NCBI RefSeq assembly: GCF_009914755.1
Contig: NC_060925.1
Reading direction: 5' to 3' (one strand)
DNA from: the human T2T-CHM13v2.0 reference genome, Homo sapiens
Length of the DNA: 64,000 nucleotides
Made by a program: the position numbers and the translations under genes. Shown here in pieces: positions 44,660 through 63,402 of the stretch (positions within the stretch are counted from its first letter, which is position 1; every line of letters begins with the position of its first letter). The notes below the pieces were generated by a model, which saw nothing but the letters and a program-made list of their open reading frames with translations, did not search any database and was not told the origin of the DNA.

Positions 44660-46040
44660 TGACAACAAAACATCTCAACAGCAAGAAAAAAAAATCCAAT
44701 CAAAAAATGGGCAAATGATCTGAACAGATATTTATCAAAAGAAGATATACAAATGTCCAACAAATATATGAAAAAACAGTCAATATCACTAATCATCAGA
44801 GAAATGTAAATCAAAACCACAGTGAGATATTTAGAGACTCATTCCAATTTCAACCACAATGAGATATCATCTTACCAAATTAGATAGCTACTATCAAAAA
44901 GACAAAAAAAGTAAAAAACAACAACAACAAAACAAGTGCTGGCAAGGATGTAGAGAAAAGGAAACTCTTATACACTGTTGGTGGGAATGTAAATTAGTAT
45001 AGCCACTATAGAGAACAGTATGGAGATTTCTAAAAAAAAAAAAAAAAAGCTACAAATAAAACTACCATATGATCCAGCAATCCCACTACTGAGCATTTAT
45101 CAAAAGGAAAGGAAATCAGTATATTGAAGAGATACCTGCACTCCCGTGTTTATTGCAGCACTATTCACAATAGCCAAGATGTGGAATCAACCTAGGTGTC
45201 CAACAACAGATGAATAAAGAAAATACAGTATATATACACAATGGAATATTATTCAGCTATAAAAAAGAATGAGGCCGGGCATTATGGCTCACACCTGTAA
45301 TCCTAGTACTTTGGGAGGCTGAGGCAGGCAGATCGCTTGAGGCCAAAAGTTCAAGACCGGCCTGGCCAACATAGCAAAACCCCATCTCTACTAAAAATAA
45401 AAAAAGTAGCTAGGCGTGGGGGTGCATGCATGTAATCCCAGCTACTCGGGAGGCTGAGGCATGAGAATCGCTTGATCTGGGAGGCAGAGGTTGTAGTGAG
45501 CCAAGATTGTGTCACTGCACTCCAGCCTAGGTGACAGAGGGATTCTGTCTCTAAATAAATAAATAAGAATGGAATCCTGCCATTCTCAGCAATATGGATG
45601 GAAGTGGAGGACATTATGTTAAGTGAAATACACCAGGCACAGGTTTAAACACTTCATGTTCTCTCTTATATGAGGAAGCTGGAGAAAGTTGATTTCATAG
45701 ATGTAAAATGTACCGTAGATGTTACTAGAGGCTAGGAAAGGTAGGGGAAAGGAGACGATTGGGAGAAACTTGTTAAAAGATACAAAATTATACCTAGATG
45801 AGAGGAAAAAGTTATAGTGTTCTATACCACTGTAGGATGACTATGGCTGACAATAATATATATTTTCAAATAGCTAAAAGAGACGATATTGAATGTTCCC
45901 AACACAAAGAAATGATAAACATTTGAGAATATGGATATGCTAATTACCCTTATCTGATCACTCTACATTGTATGTATCAAAACATCACTATATACCCCAT
46001 AAATATGTACAATCATCATGTGTCAGTTAAAAAAAATCAA
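44660..46040 (+). mobile_element. L1MA-type ORF2 end and 3' UTR with a nested Alu (45273-45566)
   Basis: AAAATGGGCAAATGATCTGAACAGA...GATATGCTAATTACCCTTATCTGATCA...A tail. Confidence 0.9.
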
Positions 46041-46266
46041 AAGAGATCATGTAAGCTATAAAGGACCCCATAGTTGAGTAGACTCAACACTCAAGCTGGT
46101 ATTTTTGAACACCTACTGTATGCTAGGCACTAGGCTAAGTATCGTGCTTAAAAAGAGAGGTTAGTAAGTCCCTCTGTGACAGTCACCACAGAAATCCCTA
46201 GAAGTTTATGCTTTTTCCACTTCATCCCTATCCCACTTCTCTGTTTGTGATCATTAATTATGATTA

Positions 46267-46878
<612 letters not shown>

Positions 46879-48574
46879 TTAGGAGATATGAATTGGTTGG
46901 CAGAAAAGAACATGGGAAAGGTAGGGGATGGTAGTATTATAGCTACAAAACATTTTGGGATCATGATAGGGGTATGTCCAGCATGCTGAAAGCAATCATA
47001 TTTCATGCTTGGCTAGAAAAATAGAAGTCCTGTTCTTGCCCTCTTCATCACAATCCACATGTAACTATCCATCATCCCTTTTCCCTCTCTATTCATAATT
47101 ACACTCCTCTTTGGGGTCCAAAGCAAAGTCCTCCAGATAGCCTGTTGATACAAGGAACTATGTATTCAATATTTTCCATGTAGAGGTAGTCTATTTGCTG
47201 GGATGCCCTTATATGATGTCATAAGACAGGCATAGGGGACCAGGTATGCTCTCATTTTCATAATTCTGGATTTCATAATGTTATTCACTATTGAAGAGAG
47301 TATGTGTTATTCACACACATTCAATTATGCATTACTCTTGAAAGGTTCTTGTTCACTTGGGTTTATTGATTAACCTCTTAAAAGGAAAGCATAAAAATTT
47401 CTCCCTTTTAAAAATAGTTTTACTCAGTAGGTTCCCTTGACTTTGATAAGAAGAGCTCAAGATTTAATACTTTAAGGAGCCTCCAAAACCATGGCAAACT
47501 TTTCCCCAAAAAAACTAGAACTAAAATAAAGTCTCTATCAGATCTCTGAATATACTGATTTTTTAAAAAGATTTCTGAGAAGAATCTTCCATCATTTTCA
47601 AAAGAAATGGAGCCTTTCTCTTCCTCTGTTGATGTGTGTTTTTCTGAAGTACAGCTTGCTTTCTATAATGTAATTTCTTGCATTCCTATAAAACCAACGT
47701 AAAACAGTAGTATGAAAACAACCTAAAAACAATGGTGTAAATGAGAAATAAAAGAGGGTTTAATCAGCTACAGAGTTTCAGGTTTCTAGCAACAAGGAAG
47801 AATAAGGGGAGTTATAATGCATAAATATATTTTACTCTTGAAAGTTAAAAATATACTAGTCAAATCCCCTTTAAGCAAATTCTAAACAGCATATAAGATT
47901 ATATCAAAATCAGTGAGACTTTAGATTCATTGTTATCAAATGAGAAACAAAACAAAAAAAGTTAATAACTTGGTATTTTAAAAAGCACAGAATCCAAATA
48001 AACAGTAGCACAGTTCATATTTGCAAGGAAGAATCAGAAGAATACGTTGCCAAATCAACAGCCAGCCACTCAAAACAAACATGCATGTGTTCCCAATGCT
48101 GCATGAATAATAACCTTTCTCCTGTAACGGATGTATAACCAACAGCTGCATGTAATACAAATCATGTTCTCTAATTACTCTATCTCCATATATCCTATTT
48201 ATATTGAGAAAATTCTCACCGTAAGAGAAATGTCTATTCATTACACCTGCTGTTCTCTATACAGAATTCAACTGGGAAACTCCATCACACCAAAACTATC
48301 ATTTATCTTTGCCCTTCAAGAAACTTTAAATATAAGGAATAGGTGTAGTGGTCATTAGAAATCTGGCTTTATCAATCATTTACTGGCTATATGACCATGA
48401 GAAATACACTGAATCTCCCTGAGTCTTGGTTTCCTCATCTATTCTATGAGGATAGTGATACTCCCTTAGGGTAGTTGTAAGAATTAATTAACATGCAGTT
48501 AAACCTCTAAAAACAAATACTATGAGTTCAACGAATGGTAGCTATTAGACAAGTGATTTCATAAATTAAAAGCT

Positions 48575-50594
<2,020 letters not shown>

Positions 50595-50789
50595 AAATTT
50601 TAATTATTTTTATTAACATCTCATATCCTCCGTGCCCTACCCCAGCCAAAAAAAAAGCTGGGCCATCTACAATACAGGCTGTCATAGCGTTATTTGCTTA
50701 CTCTTTAACATTTATCTGAGCTCATAAAGGCTGAGGTAGAATTTGAAAAGGGTATAAGCAACAGTGGAAGAGAAATTAACCTTATTTAC

Positions 50790-51055
50790 AAACTGAATGT
50801 TTGTGTACCCCCAAAATGTATATGTTGAAATCCTAACTCCCAATGTGATAGTATTAGGAAGTGGGGGCCTTTGGGAGGTGATTAGATCATGAGGGCAGAG
50901 CCCTGGTGAATAGGATTAGTGACATTTTGAAAGAAACAGAGCTTCCTCACCCCTTCTGCCATGTGATGTCACAAGAAGTTGATGGTCTGCAACCTGGAAG
51001 TGGGCTCTCACCAGAATTTGACTATGCTGGCATTCATTCTCAGACTTTCAGTCTT
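50790..51055 (+). mobile_element. MLT1A/MST-type MaLR LTR fragment
   Basis: CTGAATGTTTGTGTACCCCCAAAATGTATATGTTGAAATCCTAACTCCCAATGTGATAG...GGGAGGTGATTAGATCATGAGGGCAGAGCCC. Confidence 0.8.
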
Positions 51056-51647
51056 GAAGTTGCATTTCCAGAGCAAGCACATTGTTTTTAATTAGAATGC
51101 ATTTATTGGGGGTGGGGGCCAGGGGTTGTCTTGTAGAAGTTATAAAGAAAGGGCTTTAATGTCACTACAGGCAACTCTTTTGGTATTGCCACTGAAATTG
51201 CTCAAAATATTGTCAAATGGCTTATTTTAAAACTGTTATCATTCTCGCAGAAATCCTGGCATTTTCACTGCCAGTACCCTGTAAAGTCACTTGCTTTATA
51301 TGGAAAACACAATTCAATTCAGAATTCATTATGTACTTACTATGTACAAAGTACAAGGTGAGATTTGGGGGACAGAGAAATCTAAAAGTCCAATAATTCA
51401 TGAAGATGTCAATTTTGCATCAGTGACTGTTATCTAGATTCTGGATTCTGTCATGGAGGGCTGTAATAGAAACTAATTTTCTAGGTTAAAATAACAAACA
51501 ATCTTTTCACTCCCCAAAGGCGAAGTTAGACAGGAATGTCACTAAAACTTAGGTATTTGTTCCATAATAATATAAAAGTTTTTTTTTTTCAAGAAAGCCT
51601 GGCCTTGTTCAGCACCAGCTTTATGATTTGGGTTTATTTGTGAGAAA

Positions 51648-52870
<1,223 letters not shown>

Positions 52871-54038
52871 GCAAGGAGAAAGATATCGAGTGTTTCCTGC
52901 TGCCAAAAGCTTTAATTTACTCTATCCGCCTCTTCTAAACTTGTTGTTAATTGGGGCTGACATTCACTTGCAGTCTTGTGTAAGGCACTTTCTTTAAAGA
53001 ATTTTATTTAACTATTTTTAAGTAAAAGGGAAAGACTGATTTGGTAAGAAGACAGGTGACATGGCAAGATTTAGTTAGATCCATCTTGGCTAAAGTTACC
53101 CCTGAGATTGATAGGTGAATTAGTTAGTTGGTCTGTTGGTTAATTCATACTTCACTTTCCTTCTACCATTAACTTGTGGTGGCCTATTCCTGCAATTTTA
53201 ACTTTCATTGATGTTAGGTACCGCTCTCATCATGATTTCTCCCTGGTTCAATTGGATTTAAATTCCCATGCCTATGGCCTTATCATGTCATTCTCAAGGC
53301 CTAAGATATTACTATCATAATTGTCAAGCTGTTTTGTTGCAAAGAATAGATATTTATTATAAGATTTGAAAAGGGCAATTTTCCCGATCCACATATTGAT
53401 AGAGCTAGAATTCACGGAAGCAAGATTTAGAAATGAAGCTTTAAAAATAATTGAAACTTTGTTCTCTCTCTTAGATCCCCCATGGTGTTTCTCACCTCTG
53501 CTGCTTCTATTTTCCTGTCTCTGTTTGTCCTCTTGGTTCCCCTCTGCCCCTCTCTTGTCCTTCCCTACCCTCCGTTTTTCCCCTCTTCTTTCCATCCCTC
53601 CCCCATCCACTCTTCTTACTAATTTTCTCTTAAGAAGCTTCTTCTAGATGCACGAATCCTGCATGACTACCAGCCTCAGGTCTTTATCACAAAAGTCCAG
53701 CACACCAATGGAATATGATCTCTGTCTCTCTCCTAGGACAAATTCTTGAGAGAGAATCTGAGTGGTCACCTTACCCCCACTAATCAGCAGTGGCCAGAAA
53801 AAGTAGTGTCATGTGATTAAAATATGGCCACTAAGGGCAGGTCCCCCAACCATTATGCTACACCAGTTTCTTTCCTTCTTTCACACAGGTTGCTGGAAAC
53901 TATTGGAAAATCCCTCAACCGTGAATAGGAGTGCTATGACTCCCCCCTCTGGTTAGTATGCTTTCTCCCTTGTTCTCTTACTCTCCCACACTCTCTCCTT
54001 TCCTTCACAATAGTTTCACTAAAAAATTTTCTACACTT

Positions 54039-54358
<320 letters not shown>

Positions 54359-55944
54359 CTACGCTCAATGTTTTCAATTCTTCCTCACCTATTCATTAAA
54401 CAAAAACAGCAACTGAAGCATCTGACCTTAGCATTTTGCTGAGATTGCCCTTGCCACTCCATACTTGTTGCCGATTCAAAAGGACATGTCATGGTCCTTA
54501 TCTTACTAGATGTCACTGAGGCAATGGACTCAATAAGCCACTCCCTTCTTTGTCATTTCTACTGTTTTTTTTCTCTTAACAAATCTATTTAGAGGTTTTC
54601 CTAACCATCTTTTAGTTTGTGGGATTTGTCTCTATTTTTCTTTTCTATTTAATTAAATTATCTTCTTACCTTTATCATTTCTTCCTTTTCCTTTTGAGGG
54701 TTTATTTTGATTCTAATTTCTTGAGCTAATCTTTATTTCAATAAATTTTTTACAAAAATTTTTCTATCATGGTAAAATTACCATTTTAACTATTTTAAGG
54801 ATACAGTTTGTGGCATTAAGTACATTTACATTATATAACCATCACCACCATCCATCTCCAGAATTTTTTGCATCTTCCCAAACTGAAACTCTGTACCCAC
54901 TAAACAATAACTCTTCATTCCCCCCCACCTCTAGCCCCTAGCAACCACCATACTACTTTCTGTCTCTAGTTCACTAATTTTTAATATTTCTTATTTACTA
55001 ATACATGAATTTAAGCTACACTGCATTTTCCTCTAAGTATGCTTCTGCTGCTCTGTGTTTTGATATGTAGTGTTTTCACTGGTATTCAGTTCTAAATATT
55101 CCATAGTTCCCATTGCACTTTCTTCTTAGATCTATGAATTTGAAAGTACAAGTATGTTTTTTAGATTCTAAAATGTAAGGGCTTTTAAACTCTCTTTTGA
55201 TATTCACTTTTTATTATCTTATAACTGGAATGCATGTTCTGTCTGGGTTTGGTTCTTAAGAATACGTTAAACTTCCTTCTGGCCCAGTATGAGTCAATTT
55301 TTTATAATATTACATGGATGACTGGAAACAATGTGAAATGTATCAGAACACTCTATTAATAGTGACTTAAGCAATAATGACCTTCATCTTACATAACTAG
55401 AAGTCTGGAGGTTGGGTGCTCCAGAGTCGAAAGCTTAGAGCAGTAGCTCAATTATGTCATCGAGGACGCAGGTTCTTTCTGTTCTTCTGCTCCTCACTCT
55501 CCTTGGTCCTATGGTTGTTGTCTCATGAATAAATGGAGATGCCACAGTTCCCAACATAATGTCCCTACACCACTGTACCAAGCAGAGAAGAAGGGCATAA
55601 AAAGCTTTCTACTCAGGAAGCTCTTCTATTTTATCTGAGAAGAAAAACATTCCCAAAAGCCCTATATCAGGCATTACTTTATGTCTCATTGGTCAAAATG
55701 AGGCCCATGGCCATCCCAAGCTGCAAGGCAGCTAGAAAGCAAGTATTATATGGAAAGCAGAACAAGATAGTCATGATGCATCCCCTCTGGTGGAGGAAAC
55801 TCCACTATTTTAAATGAGTGGCTCCCTGTGTCAACAAAACAAGAAATATGCACTGACATTCCTCATATCTGCAATTAAATACTTTGACCCCAAAATGACC
55901 TCTTCTTAGGGCTGATTGGCCAGAACTAGCTATGGGGCTGTTCT

Positions 55945-57025
55945 GCCAAAATCCAAAGCAATGATGACACTAGATGCTGGCAAAGATATGGAGCAACAGG
56001 AACTCTATTTCATTGCTGGTGAGAACACAGAATGGTACAGCCACTTTGGAAGATAGTCTGGAAGTTGCTTATAAAGCTAAACATACTTTTATCATATGAT
56101 CCAAAATCCAAAAGCATTTTGTATGCTTTTTGCCATCTGTAGACCTTCTTTGGTGAGGTATTTTTTCACATCTTTGGCCTATTTTTTAATTGGGTTGTTT
56201 TCTTATTGTTGACTTGTAAGAGTTATCTGTATATTTTGGATAACAGTCCTGTATCAGATATGCCTTTTGCAAATATTTTCCTCCTGTCTGTGGCCTCTCT
56301 TCTCATTCTCTTGACAGTGTCTTTTGCACAGAGCAGGAATTTTAATTTTAATAACTCTAGCTGATCAATTAATTCTTTCATGGACTATGTCTTCGGTGTT
56401 TTATTTAAAAAGTCATTGCCATGCCCAAAGTCATCTAGATTTTCTGCTATGTTATTTTCTAGGAGTTTTATAGTTTTGTGTTCTACATTTTGATCTATAA
56501 TCCACTTTGAGTTAATTTTTGTGACGGGGTAAAATCTGTGTCTAGATTCATTTTTTTGCATGTGGATGTCCTCTTGTTCCAACACCATTTGTTGAAAAGA
56601 TGGTTTTTTCTCCATTGTACTACCTGTGCCCCTTTGTCAAAGATCAGTTGACTGTAGTTATGGGGGTCTATTTCTAGGCCCTCTATTCTGTCATTGATCT
56701 ATTTGTCGATTCTTTCACCAATACCACACTGTCCTGGTTACTGTAGCTTTATAGTAAGTCTTAAAGGCAAGAAGTGTCAGTCCTCTGACTTTGTTCTTCT
56801 AATTCATTATTGTGTTATATATCCTAGGTCTTTTGCCTCTCTATATGAACTTTAAAATCAGTTGGTCAATATCTACAAAATAACTTGCAGGCATTTTAGA
56901 TTGCATTGAATCTATAAATCAAGCTGGAAGGAACAGACATCTTGACAATATTGAGACTCCTGTCCATGAACATGGAGAATCCCTTCCAGTATTTAGTTGT
57001 ACTTTTATTTCTTTCATCAGAATTT
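55945..57025. mobile_element. L1MC-like fragment with internal inversion (plus 55945-56103; minus 56113-57025)
   Basis: GATATGGAGCAACAGGAACTC on plus; ORF2-like KINSKWIIDQNVEHKTIKLLENNI on minus (ORF 56385-56615). Confidence 0.82.
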
Positions 57026-57339
57026 TTAAGAGCAATAAATTACTTTTATTATAAAATATTTCTAATGTATGTAAAAGTAACAGAATAATGTAACAAACAT
57101 TCATGTACACTTAATATTGTCATTGAGGCATGTTTATGTAATTTTTAATTGATTCACATATTTCTTCCCCTTTTCTTTTACCATTTTAACTATTTCTAAT
57201 TATACAGTTCAATAGTGTTAAATACATTCATGTTGTTGTGAAACAGTTCTCCAGAACTTTTTTATCCTGCATATCTGAAACTATACACATTAAACAAATG
57301 CCCTTTCCTCTCTCCCACTAGTCCCTTGTAATCACCATT

Positions 57340-57412
57340 CTTTTTTTAACTTTTATTTTAAGTTCAGGGGTACATTTACAAGATGTGCAGGTTTGTTACA
57401 TAGGTAAATGTG
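57340..57412 (-). mobile_element. Very short L1P 3' end insertion
   Basis: TTTTAAGTTCAGGGGTACAT...CAGGTTTGTTACATAGGTAAA; TSD TGTAATCACCATT. Confidence 0.85.
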
Positions 57413-57688
57413 TGTAATCACCATTTTACTTTCTGTTTCTATAAATTTAATAACGTTACATACCTCATATAAATACAATCATGCAGTATTTGTCTGTGGA
57501 CAATTTGTTTCATTTAACATAATTTCCTCTAGGTTTATTCATGTTAGCATGTGACAAGATTCCCTTCCTTTTTAAGGTTGAATAATATTCTATTGCATGT
57601 CCATACTACATTTTGTTTATTCATTTGGCCATTGATGGACATTTGGGTTGTTTCCTACTGTTAACTACTGTGACTAATGCTGCTTAAA

Positions 57689-57825
57689 CCCATTTATGCC
57701 TGAAGTTGCAAGCTTTTGAATTTTATGACATATGTGAAAAATCAGACCTTGGCACTGACCTTGAGCAGTAGGATATAACTCCCACATGCTTAGTGTTCTG
57801 CTAATGGAACACTAGGCATAAATGG
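57689..57825 (-). mobile_element. MER85 (piggyBac/PGBD3-related MITE)
   Basis: TIRs CCCATTTATGCCT / AGGCATAAATGG; internal AATCAGACCTTGGC...CCTTGAGCAGTAGGATATAACTCCCACATGCTTAG; degenerate palindrome GTTCTGCTAATGGAAC. Confidence 0.9.
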
Positions 57826-57890
57826 ATGCTGCTATGAACATGGGTATACAAATGTCTCTCTGAAACTTTACTTTCTGTTCTGCTGGATAT

Positions 57891-58557
<667 letters not shown>

Positions 58558-59126
58558 GATATATATATCCAGAAGTGAGAGTGCTAGATTATATGGTAGT
58601 TCTATTTTTAATTTTTTAATGAAACTCCATACTGTTTTCCATAGCAGTTGCACCATTTTACAATCCTATAAGGGTTCCAATTTCTCTACATTCTCACCAA
58701 CACTTGTTATTGTTTTTTTAAAGTAGCCATTCTAATGAGTATCAGGTATATCTCACTGTTGTTTTGATTTGCTCTTCCCTAATGATTAGTAATGTTGAGC
58801 ATCTTTTCATATGCTTGTTGGCAATTTGTACATCCTCTTTGGAGAAACATCTATTTAAGTCTTTTTCCATTTTTTAATCAGCTTATTTGCTTTTTTGTTG
58901 TTGAGTCATAGGAATTCTTTAAATATTGTGAATTTAATCCTTATTAGGTTTACGATTTGCAAATATTTTCTCCCTATTCTGTAGGGTGCCTTTGACTCTG
59001 TTGATTGTGTCCTCTTATGCACAAAAGTATTTAAGTTTGATGAAGTCTCATTTGCCTATTTTTGCTTTTAGTTACTGTGCATTCACTGTCATAGCCAAGA
59101 GATCGTTGCAAAGTCCAATGTCATAA

Positions 59127-59447
<321 letters not shown>

Positions 59448-60860
59448 TTCTTCAAGGGATTTTATAGTATTGAGTCTCATGTTTAGGTCTTTAATCTATT
59501 TTGAGTTAATTTTTGAATATGATGTAAGATAAGGGTCTAATTTCACTCTTTAGCATTTGAATATCTCCTTTTATCAACATCATTTGTTGAAGACGCTGTC
59601 CTTTCCCCCATTGAGTGGTCTTGACATTCTTGTCAAAGATCATTTGACCTTATGTGGAGGGTTTATTTCTAGGCTGTTTATGCCATTTTATTGTTCCATC
59701 TGTCTTTATGTCAATACCACATTGTTTTGATTACCATGGCTTTGTAATATACTTTGAAATCAGGAAGTGTGAATCTTCCAACTTTGTTCTTTTTAAAAAA
59801 TTTTTAGCTTTTGGGGTCCCTTGAGATTCCGTAAATTTTAGGATAAATTTTTCTATTTCTGCAATAAATGTCATTGGGATTTTGAAAGGATTATAGTGAA
59901 TTGTAGATTGATTTGGGTAGTATGGACATCTTAACAATATTAAGACTTCTGATCCATGAATATGGGATGTCTTTCCATTTGTTTGTCTTTTTAAACTTCT
60001 TTCAGCAATGTTTTGTAGTTTTCAGTGTACATGTCTTTCATCTCTTTGGTTAGGTTATTCTTAAAGTGTTTTATTCTTTTTGATACTATTATAAATAGAA
60101 TTGTTTACTGAATTTCCTTTTTGAATTTTTCATGTTAGTGTATAGAAATGCGACTGATTTATCCTGCAACTTTGCTACATTCATTTATCAGTTATGCTTT
60201 TTTAAAGTTTTGTGATTTTCCTCATATAGATTTTGTACCACATTTTTGTTACTTGCACATTTTTTATACAATTGCACTTTCTTCAGTATGGCTTCTATTC
60301 TTCCTTTAATTTTTATATCATTATAAACATTTATTTTACAAGCTCTTTCAAATTATTCTATTATTTCTGGTTCTTAGTGTGCAAATACTATTAGTTACAT
60401 CTGCTAACTGTTCCTCATGGAGGGTTTTTTCTTGTAAGGTTTGTAATTTTTTTCTATTTCATTTTTAGAGGATTTTATATACTCTATGGCAGAGATAGGT
60501 GCCTCTGGGTTTTAAAGGTATGGACAATGACACAATATTTTCAGTTGTTTCTGCAGACATGTTTCTTCCAATGGTATCAATAGTCCTGGATTATTTCTTG
60601 AATTATGAATCCTACATCACGCACGTAGAATAAATTTAAGCCCCACACATACATACAGCATAAACCTGAGATTTCAGTTCCCTGGACAGATGGCAATGCC
60701 CCCAGACAGATGGCAAACTTCTTTACCACATATCTGGGACAGAGGAAGAGGAAGAGTTTTTCTAACCTGTGAGTGTAAGAACCTCTAAGTTCTAGGCTGT
60801 ATACAGGGGCAACAATTTCAGGTTCTGTACCTTGCATAGGCTTATTAGCCAAATCTCTTA

Positions 60861-61298
<438 letters not shown>

Positions 61299-61712
61299 TC
61301 ATTCACTGCCTTTTCATCTACACAATCACCTATATGATTTTATTTTAAAGCTTCAGAGCAGCAACTTACCCCAAAGCATCTTCCCCAATCAGGGGTCTTA
61401 AATCCTATCGCAAAAGATTAATTTCTATGGGATAATCATCGCTTTCTTCTCTTTACATAGACAAAATTCTAAACAGACTTGTCTTAGTGACAGTACCTCT
61501 GGGAACATTTTTCAGAATGATGTTGGCACATATCTACTCAAATATATTGTCCCCATCTGGACTTATTTGTTTGGAGAGATCAATAAATTCACATATCAGT
61601 GTAAATGACAAGTGGGGGAAGTCAGCAGGAAGAAGAATGAAAATGAGGTGTTTTATAAATTATCAAGACATGATCACTGAAAAACATTTTTTAATTAAAA
61701 TAAGCATTGTCT

Positions 61713-62115
61713 GGCCAGGTGCAGTGGCTCAAGCCTGTAATCCTAGCACTTTGGGAGGCTGAGGCAGGGGAATCACATGAGGTCAGGTTAGTGTATAGAA
61801 ATGCGACTGATTTTTATGTGTTGATTTTGTATCCTGCAACTTTGCTGAATTCATTTATCAGTTATACTTTTTTAAAGTTTTGTTGTCCAGACTAGCCTGG
61901 ACAACATGGCAAAACCCATCTCTACTAAAAATACAAAAATTAGTCGGGCATGGTGGCACATGCCTGTAGTCCCAGGTACTCAGGAGGCTAAGGCAGGAGA
62001 ATCGCTTTAACCTGGGAGGTGGAGTTTATAGTGAGCCAAGATCGTGCCACTGCACTCCAGCCTGGGCACAGAGCAAGACTGTGTCTCAAAAAAAAAAAAA
62101 AAAAGAAAAAAAAAA
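61713..62115 (+). mobile_element. Alu carrying a 97-bp foreign insert (61787-61883)
   Basis: The Alu left arm is interrupted after GAGGTCAG and resumes at CCAGACTAGCCTGG. Confidence 0.92.
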
Positions 62116-62116
62116 T

Positions 62117-62889
<773 letters not shown>

Positions 62890-63402
62890 CATTGAAACTA
62901 GAAGTAAAGGGTGGATGTGAACACAGATTAGCTTGTTAGGGGTCTGAGAAAGTTGCATTTGCCATAAATATTGTAGTGTATTGATTTATCAAACTGTCTG
63001 ATCTCCACGAAGGCAAGGACTTTATAAATATGGTGTGTGGTCTCTCAAAAGGGAGAAGGCATCAGGGGGCCAGGGAGTGAGGGTCGCAGAAAGAATCCCA
63101 GAGTTGTGGACAATGAACTTTTTCAACTTCACAGTTTAGCTGGGGCCCACTCTCAATAAGAAGAAATCTAGGAAGGAAAGCCAGGCCAAGAAAACTTTAA
63201 AACTATTCAAACTGACAGACTGACCCAGCACATGAGAATGAAGTTTGTCAAGTAAATGAACCCTTGGGATGCAATGGCGAGGGTGCCATAAACAAAGACA
63301 AGCCCTACCAACAGCCAGACAGCTGGTAACAAAGGCTGGGCTGTAAAAAGGTCTTTCTGGCTGCCCTTTTACACAGAAGTAGGAAAATCACACATTTCTT
63401 CT

